Positions 12,174 to 25,000 of a stretch of DNA of 64,000 bases are shown here, piece after piece. The position numbers were made by a program, and so were the translations under genes. Below the pieces are notes generated by a model. That model was given only the letters and a program-made list of their open reading frames with translations. It did not search any database and was not told where the DNA came from. Origin of the DNA: Balanoglossus misakiensis (lineage: Eukaryota; Animalia; Hemichordata); NCBI GenBank assembly GCA_040954595.2, contig CM082587.2:1641000-1704999 (forward strand), written 5' to 3'. Position 1 is the stretch's first letter, and each line of letters opens with the position of its first letter.

Positions 12174-12869
12174 GAACGGTATGTAGGCCTATATTCGTTT
12201 CTTTTGTGCTATTTTTTCTAGGCTGTTGAACGAAGTATGACACATTTACGACAGTGTGTATTAAACGTTTGCTGTTTTTGTCTGTTTACTCTGTTAGGTC
12301 AAAGTTCCACCAGCCGACCAATATAAAGTAGACCAGAGACAAGATATCAATGAGAAAAGTTCGAAGATGCGCTGACCTTGACACAAGGCGTTGTTACGCC
12401 CTACGTTTCGAAGATAATATAGGACATTCGTAGATTTTATAGAGGTTTCCAAATAAAAATATTCAACTGCGGCAAATAATTGAAAAAAATACTTGAAATA
12501 ATTGTATGTATTCTATATTTTCAATAAAGTTGAAAGATGTTAACTTCAACTTAGACTTGTTCATTTCTCTGGGAGAGAAAAGATATTTTCTCGTAAGCTA
12601 GCAAGAGCCCTGGTTACAAAACTAAGGATATTATTCCGATCTCGTGTGAGAAATCATATATCAGATCCACGCCTTGGGCCGAGAGTGTGCATCAGTCACC
12701 ATGGTCACCGCGGCTGTCCTCGCCTCCGCAACTGAGTTGAAGGGCGCCAGCAGCGGCCGAAATCACCCGGAAGTGAATTGTTGGGAGGGGGTTTTGATGT
12801 TGATTGCACGTGTTTACTTGAATGTTTATTTACAGGGTTCCTAGGATATTCCTTCATACTCAGACCAGG

Positions 12870-15061
12870 ATGTCAGCAGCTGAGAAAAAATCATTAGTGT
12901 TCGTCACGGGAAATGCAAACAAATTAAAAGAAGTAAGTCTCACTTAGAAGTTATCGACGAAGCAGACGCCAACTTCTTTCTGTACCTGTACCTGTCAACA
13001 GCATCTTCAGAGATGATTACTGAATAATGTACGTGTACATCACCAGTGTGTTGACGAGCCACTGCTTCACAAAATCTGCTCTCATTTTCCTATAGGTGCA
13101 AGAAATACTGTCTGCAGATTTTAATGTTGTTTCCAAAAAGATTGATCGTAAGTGAATTATGTCATTCATACAATCAGAAGTTGGTCCCTATAAAGCCCCC
13201 CCCCCCCCCTACATGAAACTTCACATATGTACATACTTCAGGGCCCAGTAGATTTTAAAATGTTTTTCTGTTGGCATATATTGGTGTAGAAACACTGGTG
13301 AAATTCTTGGTATATATTGAACACGGTGTTGAACTTGTGATTTCTTTTCCATTTTTCTCCATCACATACAGTACCTGAATATCAAGGTGAGGCGGATGAG
13401 ATATCAGCTGCAAAATGCAGAGAGGCTTCAAAACACGTAAGGGACAATTGGTCATTACTGGCATAGGTTACACCACTCTCCTTGATTTATCTTGATTTAT
13501 CTTGATTGCCATGATTTAAATCATGGCCAGTCAGGGAAGGAAGCCTTTTCCCGGCTTATATAATCCCTCATTGTCCTTTGTAGCTGTCAAGTCTTATTTT
13601 GAAGTCCAGAACAGTTTTAGCATCAACAATATGTGTAGGTAGTTTGTTCCATTCAGCTATAATCCGTTGGGTAAAGAAGAATTTCCTGCAGTCCAGGCGA
13701 AAGCATGATTTTGCTAATTTAAGTGAGTGCCCCCTTGTCCTGTGATGTTGACTGAATGTGAACAGTACGTCTGGGGAAACTCTATCTATTCTTTTCACAA
13801 TCCTGAATACTTGTATCAAGTCCCCTCTTGTTCTTCTTTCTTCTAAAGTTGTCAGTTTAAGTTCTTTTAACCTGGATTCATAACTGAGATGGCTATGCTC
13901 TGGTATCAGTTTTGTTGCTCTTCGTTGTACTTTTTCGACTAATTCAACATCCTTAGTATAGGAGGGGGTCTGCTTAAAATAAGGCATCAGTTCCTTTGCT
14001 TTTGGAAGTGTATGTGTAGTGGGCTGTAGAATTGTCCTAGAGATACAAGGTGTATGTACATGCAACCTTCCCCTCCCTAATGGAATTTGCTCAGTCAGTG
14101 TGACCATGTGTTTTATCATTCCCAGATTGAAGGACCAGTGATTACTGAAGATACCTGTCTATGTTTCAATGCATTAGGGGGACTTCCAGGGCCTTATATG
14201 TGAGTAAAAAGTGAGACAGTTGGCAGACTGGTAGAGAGACAGACAAGTTTATCACCAATCAGTATTTTATTCACACAATTGAATATAACAAGATCTCTTG
14301 AAGCATTTGATGCTTCCTTTACAAATTGTCTTTAATTGACAAAAAGTCAGCAATTTTTATGAATTCTAAATCATATTCTTGATTTGTCAACAGAAAATGG
14401 TTCCTTGCAAAACTTCATCCATCAGGTAATAAGAAATCTCATGACATTTATAGTGATATTCTTTGATCTCACATTTCTATTTCTTGCAAAAATTGAACCT
14501 ATTCATTGCACCAGTTTACTGTTTTATTTATTATATTTTTGATAGGTTTACACAAGTTATTGACTGGTTGGGAGGACAAATCAGCGTATGCTTTGTGTAC
14601 ATTTGCATATTCCAGTGGTAAACCAGGTGATGAAATAAAGTTGTTTCGAGGAAAGACAATGGTATGTTAGCGCTTCACTTCGTTCCATCAGTGATATGAT
14701 CAAGTATGGCTGACTTGTGGCCCTAAATATTCTAGTTGTTCAGTTTTGTGTCTCATGTATTGATGCTTGAATCTGTGTTCCCAGGGTAAGATTGTGGAAC
14801 CACGCGGCCCTCCAGACTTTGGCTGGGATCCCTGTTTTCAACCGGATGGTTTTGATCAAACGTAAGTAGAGTACCAATACCAGTTCATTTGCATAATTTT
14901 GTAACAGTTTTATTCAAGTATCATCTGTTTTGGTTTGGATAAATTTCTTTTCCCCTTATTTCACCAGATATGCAGAAATGGCAACGGAACAGAAAAATGC
15001 CATTTCACACCGAAGTAAAGCACTGCAAGCATTGTCAGAATTCTTTTCCAAAGATCACTAA
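12870..15061 (+). CDS. ITPA: Inosine triphosphate pyrophosphatase, 8 coding exons
   Basis: [62 protein letters not shown]; stop TAA 15059-15061. Confidence 0.95.
13196..13209. repeat. poly-C tract (C14), intronic
   Basis: Directly visible homopolymer. Confidence 0.9.
13481..13968 (-). mobile_element. 5'-truncated CR1-clade non-LTR retrotransposon (ORF2 C-terminus, 3'UTR and tandem tail) in ITPA intron 3
   Basis: [72 protein letters not shown] is the characteristic CR1 post-RT region; tail of CTTGATTTAT x~2.7 at 13481-13507. Confidence 0.9.
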
Positions 15062-15224
15062 CACGAGGACTGTCCTGTGATTATGGCTATCACAACTGTG
15101 CCCAGAATTTGTGGTCTCTGACATTGGCATGAAAGATGTGTTTGAAATAAATGACTATTTACATCACAGTGAACCATTGTCAAGTTGTCATTGATTCAGC
15201 TGCAGGCCAGACATGACAGCTGTT

Positions 15225-16938
15225 TTATAGTTCTGCTTTGAAAAAGTTAGCGTGCTCATACATGATGAGATTTACTTTCTCGGCCACTCTTTTGCATCCA
15301 GATCTGGAGAATAACTGTTTGTCTGGTGGGTCGTACTGAAGTTCATCTGCAATCTTTCGGATTAATTCCATGTCTTTGGGATCACGCCTGTCAAATTGGT
15401 AATTTTTGGCACGCAGTTCATCCTCAATGCATTGTATAATGTGAGATCTCTCCAGGGGCAGAAACGGTACAAAGAAGGAAATCAAGTGTCTTTCTATCAG
15501 TTCACTATGCCACAGACCACCTGAAAATAAGACCAACACAACATTTTGGGGTTAATATGATCGTGTAATGAGACCCAGAAAAAAAAAATGAACTGACATG
15601 GATGTTTACTTAACTTCAAATAAAGAAAACACACAGGAGTTCCTACCTTCTTCGTTGAAAGCATTCTTTTGGAGAAGTTGATCCATTTCTTTGACTGTGA
15701 TTTCTTCTCGTTTCTCTCCCTCCTGCCAATGTTCCAGTGTCTTTACTGTGATGTCATTGCCACCAGTGTTACTGGAAATATAAACAAGACAGCAGTCATT
15801 CTGTAGTTCTTGGAGATTTACACGTTGAAATATACATCTATGTTGGAAGAATTGGGATGAAACAATTGGTGCTTGCGTAACATTGAAACAATAAGTAGAC
15901 AGAGGGTATCTAACCTCAGGAAAATGTAGATACTCTTCCTGTAATCAACTCCTGCAATGTCTGGATAGAATTCCAGGAATGGTTTGATGACATCTATCAG
16001 GCCAGACTGCATCTTGTCCGTTTCGTCAAAGATAAACAACTGCCATTCACATTTTGAGACGTTCGATGTGATCCAATGATGCAACTGGGTCTATATTGAG
16101 ACATGGAAGTATAAGTGTTTCTTTATAAGTAGGTTTGAGTTGAGGGTTTACATAAATTTTAATGGTATTGGTAAATTTGAATAAAAAGAAATGTGTCATG
16201 TGACCTGCGAGGGAAGTCTCACCTTGTACTCTTCAAGATGAGACGCATGTGGGAAATGCAATGTTGCCACAAACAGATGGACATATTTGCTGTTCATTCC
16301 AAGTTGGAAGAGATTTTCAGCAATTATTTTGCTGACAAAGTTCTTGCCACCACCAGTCCATCCATTGAATGATAGAACCAATGCTTTTGATGGGTTGGGA
16401 TTTTTTATGTGTCCATGTATTGTGTTGGCCACAACTTCCTGCACTAAGTGCTGTCCATGAACTCTCTCTTTGAGAGACTGAACCAACGCTGTGAAAAAGA
16501 AAATAACTTTGAGTTTAGTCTGGTATCCGGACCCCAGTGAGTTTTAGATAGATTGCGTGTGAAGAGATCTAAAACACACTGGGTACAGTGTTCAGCCTTC
16601 AGGTGATAAAATGGTAGATAACTGCTTTCATCGCAGACAATGAGGAAAATTTTGTCCTTTGAGATACTGTTTGCACAAGTCTGATCTGAAATCACTAATA
16701 GCTTAACCCCGAAAGCTTTACCTGTCGTATTTGCTTCAGCCCAGTTCTTATTACAACATTCTCTGATGTTACACCAAAACCTGTTGCCAACTGTGAAGAT
16801 GCCAGCCAGTGTTGCGGCTGCAGCTACCCCAATTGTAAACGGCTCAGCCGCACAAACACTATCCGACATTAGCAAAATTGTCAGGATACAGATCTTCAGT
16901 AAATGAACTCGATCCTGTAAGTTCCTGGGCTTCTTCAT
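15225..16938 (-). CDS. Torsin-1A/1B-like AAA+ ATPase, 5 coding exons
   Basis: Signal peptide and hydrophobic segment; HGQHLV; Walker A GWTGGGKN; LFVATLHFPH; Walker B FIFDETDKM; FFVPFLPLE; sensor-II GCKRV; C-terminus KAEL*. Confidence 0.92.
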
Positions 16939-16939
16939 G

Positions 16940-17460
16940 TTGAGCAGTTGACAAATGTAAACACACATCCAAGAAGTTCCCAGATCAGTTTACTTCCTGG
17001 TTTGTTTGTGTCCAAAATGCACGTCGATTATTTCCTCAAGTGGGTATTTGCATGTGTGAAAATAATTCACGGAAGGACGTGCTTTTATTATTATTTCACA
17101 CATTTCAAGAATGACCGCAGATGACCTTCCTGTCAAGTTCAGGATCATTGCGTTCGTATTTCTTTTCTCGAGTAATGACGTCGCAGGTGGGGCCTTACTT
17201 GAGGAAAGAATTAACACAAGTAACGTAGTTTCCCAATATGGCGGATGTGTTAGGGTACCGTTGTTTTTCTCCGATTTAGCAGTACATCATACACGTATAG
17301 AGGGATTCTGTTGCACATTTGTTGTATTTTGTGGATTCATATTTATATTTAAGGTAAGTTGCTTTCATAATAGGATAATTCAGCGCTCATTTTATCTCTT
17401 ATTGTGAATATTTTATTCCGTGTCTGACGACGCGTTCAAAAATGGCCGCCCAGACGGGTC
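16940..17460. promoter_or_regulatory. Probable bidirectional promoter (torsin / CEP350)
   Basis: Head-to-head arrangement; ETS-like ACTTCCTG ~16992, CRE-like TGACGTC ~17176, YY1-like AATATGGCGG ~17235 and AAAATGGCCGCC ~17439; donor AAG|GTAAGT at ~17353 suggests a non-coding first exon. Confidence 0.55.
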
Positions 17461-19022
17461 GGAAATCAGACTACATGTATATTCCATCATGTCACTTGCG
17501 GATTGACCAGGAGTGCGATCGTGTTGACAATTCCACTAGCTTGTCTGTCGGTCTTTTTGGGCCAAGTGGACGTCAAATAACGGCCAAAACACATTTGTCA
17601 ATGTGCATTTTTCAACTGATTCAGCTGGTGGCTATGTCGTGACGTGAAACGAACACACAGTGCGATTACAATGTAAGTCGTTATTCGGGAATGCCCTGAA
17701 ATTCACAAGGAATTAGTCATGTTCGTGAGCGTGTCAGAGCTGCTCTTACTATGTTTCGGTGATACTGCAGTCTGAAATGCATATGTAGGAGTAGTTGTGA
17801 TCACAATAAAGAACATTCCCACGTCGGACAACATTGATATGTCAAACTTGGCGCGCAAAAGCAGACGCGTTGGCTGTTTGTTTACATGAATCAAACTTTA
17901 TTTCTAAACACTGTCTTGCTTTGATGAAGAACGTTCAGTAGTACCAATCACATGCTGGTCGGGTGTATATTTGAAAAATGTCCTGCGTGATTTTACAATG
18001 CAGGCGAAAACTGTATGTCTGCATGAAACGTTTCAGATTGCGCCACAATTTATTACAAGCCCTGGCCTGGGACGGTGCATGCCCAAACATGCCTCCCCTA
18101 TGTCATGATGCTGAAGGAGTCTTGTATTGTACATTTTGACAACGTCATTTCATCTCATCTCGTCCTGCAGAGTATGAAATGAAATGCATGTTTCAGTTAC
18201 AGTTAATGGCTAGATATTTATTTATATTGCAAAATCAACTTCTGCAATTGTTTTAAGTCACTGAACTGAAATGTACACTATTGTCATGAATTGTAACCAG
18301 TAGTATTGTTATGCAAATTATATTAAGTACACTCTTCATCTCCAGAATCAGAACATAACTTTATTGCGTTGAGTGTAATACCTTACCTTGAGAGGCTGGT
18401 GATATATAATGATAGATTATAACATTCATTTATTTTGTTCAGTTTCTGATTGGTAATATGTCACCTTGCAAAATGCACTTTCAATTGTATAAGATTAGAG
18501 GGCAGAAAGACCTTATTGAAAGCATCAGTGTTTTTTTTCAATCACGATATTGCCAAATTTAGCATCCTCTCAGACTGTCAGCTTTCAGAGGAAACCCTTG
18601 ACAAACACAGCTAGTGCGTTGATATAACAAAGCTGGTATTGTGTATAAAGGGAGGGAATAGCTGTGTACATTGTGAGGGCTTGTTCTCAAAGGAATGCAC
18701 AGTAAGGTAACAAACAACCATTATTGTTTGGATAACTGTAGAGCTAGCTGTTTAGCAGTGCTGTTTACAGTACACACTGACCGGGTTGAGTGAATTATCA
18801 AAGTCACTCTATCTAAAATCGGTTTTGGGGTGATTTTTGTATATTCTGAACTTATCATGGCTTTTATCTTTTTCAACACCAGGCATATGGTATATCATAT
18901 CAGATCTAGATAACTAAAAAGTAACCTAGAGCAAAAAGAGTGGCCCAGTTTTGTTGCATATTTCACAAATTTTACAGTTTCTTTTTTCATTCGTCTCTCA
19001 GGACTATTTACTGTGATAAAGC

Positions 19023-22000
19023 ATGTCAAGTTCTATTCGTGGTCGTCGTGTCACTGAACCAATCCTCGTCCAGAGAGGACCGTCTCCGTTTGAAAAACAT
19101 GAAGGTAGGTCTAAACTATGATGGGAAGTGTGTTCAGATTTGTGCTGGTACAACTGTTACAAGCTAACATAAAGAATTAACAGTTGGAATGCATGGGCCA
19201 ATACATATACATGTACGTGCCTTTGTTATGACAGGAATGAAAACTATTTCAGTTGTGCTGACCATGCCAAGCAATTGCACTGCAATACTGCATTATCTAT
19301 ATTCCATATCTTTATTTTCTGTCTGCCAACCAAATTTTGAAGTTGTCTACTGTATTGGGTGTTTACATTGAAGTTGACTTACTGATAAAACCCTGATGGA
19401 ATAGTTTGCATTCTATCATGTTATTCAATTGTAACCTTTGGAGTTATTAAGAACTTGGTAAATGCTGCTGATATCTACAATGGAATGTCAATACTTTGGT
19501 GCATTCCGTAGAGTGCTGGAAAATCCAATTTGGCATTCAGCATTCAGATTCATCTTGCTGTTGAGACGTGCATGCTCAAAAATTTCCGACTGTGTTTGCA
19601 GGAAAAGATTTTTGGCAGGACAGTTGGAAACTCTGTCCTCTGTCTGGACTGGCCAGTCTGAAATTTATTGGTCGTTAAACTAACTGGACCTGAACATTTG
19701 ATTATGGTCGGTTGAATAAACTTGCAGACTGATTGATGTACATCAATAGCTATTGTTCCTTTCAAATTACTACTCTGCTTCTGATTTGTAACTAATATGC
19801 TTAGCCTTGCAAGTTGCTGGTACATGAAGACTGTGATTGCCATAAGAGAAATCACATCAAATTTTGAGAAACTACCATACCCTCATACCTTAGTGAGTTG
19901 ACCTGAAAGTTGAAGGTTTTGTATTGTCAACAATTGATTTTTTAAGTACGAGTCAACACCTTGTATAAACTTTATTTTGGGTTAAAAAAGCAGACAATAG
20001 AGATTTTACAGTGAACTGAAGATCATGTTCCAACCTATTTAGCAAGGAGAATCAAAGTTTGACTGCACAACCATCAACTTATTCATGCCCCGACAAAAGA
20101 GTTGCTAAAAGGTTTTCCAAACAGCCTGAGAGAAAAAGCTGTTACCCTCTGACCTCAGTGGTTCTCTGACTGTGCTCAGTTAAAATTTCAATACAGAAAA
20201 TATGTTTGGTTATTCAACACCTTGTTTCTACTTCACTTGTCATTCTAGGAATTTTCTGTTTGAAATATAATCGAATTTGCATGACAACACATGTCTTGCA
20301 AGGGTAGGCTTTGTCAGTCTTGTGGAAAATTATTGGGTACCAACCCACATTGTGTGACAGTTTACATAAACAGAATTTTTGTACAGAAACGGTTCACTTA
20401 GATGAAGTAGTAACAAGTACATGGATCATTGCTAGAAAGTACTTACCCAGGTTGCTAAGCAACTTAAGACATTTTTTAACACTGAATGAGAATTTTCAAC
20501 ACAGCAGTGTACATGTACCTGAACTGTTTAGTTGTGAATCTGTGCAAATGTATCAAATGTCTAGACTTAATCAATCAAGATTTAATTACGCATTTAGAAA
20601 TGGAAGCACTTTTATGTACCTCATGAATTTCAATGGTAAACAATGTAGTGGTACCTTTGTAATTATTTCAAAGCGAAATTGATCAATAATAAAAATCTGA
20701 AATGTACCGTGCTGTTTCATTTTTTCACAGACCTCACATCAGTGTGGGATCAAATGGGAGAAGCGAAATCAGCGGTAAGTGGCACATACCAATTGAATCT
20801 TCTTGCGTTACTGTATATCAGTTGAGATTTTTGAAACAAACAGAACTTCAGAATAGTTCTGTTGTTACCATATCAGAAATTCCCAGGTAGCGCGTTGTGG
20901 TGATGAGTTGTGTATAATTGTATTTATAGTTAAGAAGAGCAGAGAGGAGGTTAGAAGATGCAGATAAACACAGAGCAGAGTCGTACTCACCTGTCAGTCA
21001 AGATTTTCTCCAGCCTAAGAAGTATGGAAGTGATAAAACAGTCCATGTAGACCGTGTGCCAAGTTATGATCTTGGCGTGGGACAATACAAGGTAAATTAT
21101 AGTCTGACTGTTCCACTTGATGTTTTGCCATTAGTCATTATAAACTATACAATGTATCTTGAGAGTTTTCGTTTTGTAAAACGATTTCTTGTTACCTTTA
21201 CAGAGTTCATCAGAGAACAGAGGTAAATTTCCAAGAGATTATGAGAGAGAGACAGCTACCGCAAAGAAGAAAGTTACAATCAAAGGTGAGACCTATAGGG
21301 CTTAGCAGTTCTTGTATTGTCATGTTCAGTGCGTAATTCCATCAATGGTATGGTACCATACACATAACAACTTCTTGACTGTTTTGGCTTGTCCCTTCTG
21401 AAGTTAATTTACCATCAACAAAAGTGTTTGTCAAATCTTACTTTCAGATTCCTCAGATGAACCAAATCATGATTTTGTGTCTAAAGACAGTAGACTGACA
21501 AGTGGGTACAGGTCACGCAGTCCCTTAACAACCAAAGAGGACTACGGTGTCGGAGAGTACAGAGCCAGGCGAGATCCCGGCACCAAGACGTACACAGCGA
21601 TAGACGGCGATTGGTATGGATCCAGAAAGTACCTTGACTACGACGACATTGATGCAGCTGATAAACATAGATACCCAGTGCCGGATGCCAAGGAGGACAG
21701 GGAACGAAATCAACAAAACGCAGACCTCGATGAAATCAACTCCAAATTTTTCTCATCCCCGCAGTATGACATCCGCAGCACATCCGCAATTGATGACGGA
21801 ACTGAAATACGTGTACTCAATGATTTTGTTCCCAAGCACTACGGAAGTGAAAGCTATCCCAGGAAAACACCTTCCCAAAATGACTACACATCAGCATATT
21901 CCAGACTTTATGGTCACGAAGCAGGTGCGGATAAAAACTTAACAACTACGATTCATTCACCGAGTGATAGTAAAACAAGGTTTGATGGAGGTAAGATGCT

Positions 22001-25000
22001 TCATGATTACACTTTAACTGTATGTCTGTGCATAAAAATCACTTGAACAAAGCGCCTTTTCTTGCATCGTTACATATTGACAGTTCCTTGAAAAATTTTG
22101 AAATGACAGAAGTTTACGTGATCATTTTTCTTTCTTTGCTCCTCAGATGGATTAAGCAGAGTGAGGGAACAAATTGAACGCCAACGCAAACTGGTCACTA
22201 ATGGCCATAAAGGTGTGTATATTTTCATCTCTACAAATAAATGTATTTGTGCTTCAAAAGCAAAGCTCATCATCGCATTTGTATATAAATCCATTGCAAT
22301 TGGAAATGTAAAATCGATTGTCCCCTTTGCCCTAGATGAAACACCATCAAGAACTCGACACTTGGACAGTGATCCGGTGAGTTTCAGTCCATCAGCAGAA
22401 TTGTACAGCCAGCCGACCGCATCAGTGTTGTCAAGCAAACAACCCAAGGTTCGCAAAGTGGCGGCCGCACCACCAGCTCCAACATACAAGGGATTCAACG
22501 AAGTCACGACTAAAATCATAGCGCCCAGTGGCAAGAGTGGGAAAGATGGTGAAATGAAGAGAAAAATCAAAACAAGAAGCACTTCACAGGATTCTCGAAG
22601 AACAGATGGTAGGTTTCATACAACTTAGTGGATTCATTTTTACATTACAAATGTCAAAGGTACATGTACCTATGTGCATTGCAGTTTGAATAAATTATGA
22701 CAAATGGTGTTTGTATATATTACAGAGCGTGCTCTGAAACCACACAAGACCAGCCAACAACACAGCAAATCGATCTCCAGTACGACAGGTGATGATAAGA
22801 GGAAACTGACAAGGAAAGTCCAACGGATAAGTGCTGGAAGAGACAGGAAACCACATCGAACAGACAGACAAGGTGAGTTTTATGGAAAGCAGGAGAAATG
22901 TAAAAAAAAATTGTATGTTTTTTGTTGGCAGCTGTAGTCATTCTGTGTTGGTGTATTTTGATAGTGTATTTTGTGTAGTGCTGTATGTTGTTTAACTTTC
23001 TTTCTGGTGTACATGCAGGCATCATCACAGCAAGGTCATGGAGAGAAGGTCAAAAGGTGGCACTGCAGATTCTAGGACCAGGACCCAAAAAGCATCCAAA
23101 ATCAACTCCTGCTGTTCCTGAGAAACAGGACAGTGAACAAGGTGTGTGGAATTATTTTGTGTCTTCAGAGGAGTGTTAGTGTTCAGCCAAGTAAACAGTG
23201 TTCCCAGTGTTTCAAAGCTTAATGCAATATACACTGACACTTGATTACCCACAGATTTTGAGGAAGACGCTGACATCATCAGAAGGATTGATGAAATCCC
23301 AGAAAAACAGGAAGAAAAGAAAGATGAAACTGATGATGAGATCTCGCAGCACACCATCGAATCGGACAAAGTCCCCAACACTGCTGCGTTGTCAGAAGAA
23401 GCCAAGTATGTCCTGGACAATTTACAGTCAGGTAACTATTATGGGATATTTACTTTTATAAAGGATATTAAAAAACTCTGGACATTAAAAAGGGATAATG
23501 AAGTTCACAGTAAGTAACTGGATTTTTTCTACTTTTGACAAACTTGCAGAAAGTGATGACTCAAAACACGAGGAAGACAAAGTAGAAAAACCGACATCGG
23601 TGAAAAGGGGCAAGAGTAAATCCACGAAGAAAAAAGGAAGTGTTGCTACACGGAAAACGATAAACAAAGGTAGATTTTACATAATTAATACCATGATCTT
23701 TGTATTTAATATATTTTGTGTCATTAAGGTTTAGATGTTTTATCAATGTTGATATTTTTAAGAATTTAAAAATTTTGAATTGGCGTTCAATAATGTTTTC
23801 AGAGCCACAGTATCCGACGCAAAAAGTACGCAGCTATGACGGCGACGAAGTCAGAAAATTCATGGCGAAGCAACAAGCAGATCGTAAAAAGAAACAACAA
23901 GAGACACGGCGGCAACAGCAACTGGCTGACGAGAAGAAAAACAAACAGCTGAGTGATCTTTTCAAGAAACAAAAACAAACTGTGAAACATGGCGAGAAGA
24001 AGAAAGCAGTGCAGCAGAGGAGAATGGATGAGACTTTCAGCAAGGGACCCCAGATGCCGGATGCTTTGCCAAAACATCATCCATTTCCTACAGACAGAAA
24101 ACGAGTTGAACTGAGTGGATCTGACAAGGAAAACAAAGGAGCATGGAGTGCGTCCAGTAGTTCCACTTACAGCGATGACAGCATACTGCCCTCAACACCA
24201 AGATCACATAGGTAGATATATCAAACATGTTCAAAATATACAGTCTTGCTTAAGTGTATGATGTATCAGTTCATTGCAATAATAATTAATATTCACTTAA
24301 CCTGAAAGTATTTGTCAAGTCAAGGTCATGAAAACTTACATCATTTGGTCTTTCTCCTGCGTTCCCTCTTTCCTTGCTCTCTGTCTTTTCACTTTGCCAC
24401 CTCTCTCTCACTTTCCTTTCTATCTGTCTGTCTCTTCCTCCCCCTCCCCCTCTCTCCCTCCCTTTCTCCCTCCCTCCCCTTCTACCACAACTCTATTTCC
24501 CATCCCGTCATCTGTCACAACCTCTCCAAGTAGTCCGAGGGTGAACACAGGGGAAACAGTGGTCACTAAACCACCTGCACACACAGACCATACCAAACCC
24601 AGTGCTGCTGATCACCATGGTGATAAAGACATCGTTGCCATGGAACTTGACAGGATAGGCAGTCCTCGTGGTGATTTCTTCAAAACAAGACTTGCAATGA
24701 AGACTTCCAGTACAGATAATTTGACAACTGGATTTGAGAGAGGAGAATTGGATGAGAGAGACCTGCTCCGAAGGCCCTACTCAAGCAGCATGACAGATCT
24801 CAGATACAAAGGTGAGTACCATTCTCACTGGAAAAAAGTCATCCTTTCAACTTAATTTGCCATTTAACTAGTCCAGTGTACTTTTTCAGTCCCTGTTTCC
24901 TTGTTTGTACCCTACACTGATGCAAACTTTGTTGTCTAACTTTCCACAGGTAGTCGGAGTGTTGGTCCCAGAAGCAAAGCAGAACGCTTAGCAGCCATCA

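Noticed and set aside
12700-12770. HDV-like ribozyme (TCCTCGC loop) or RNase MRP/U2-related RNA
   Set aside because: The P3/P1 pairings required for an HDV fold are absent, the MRP CR-I motif is missing, and U2 complementarity is only 8 nt
13969-14119. N-terminal part of the 183-aa ORF 13568-14119
   Set aside because: Chance read-through into intron sequence; LINE similarity begins only at ~PSYTKD
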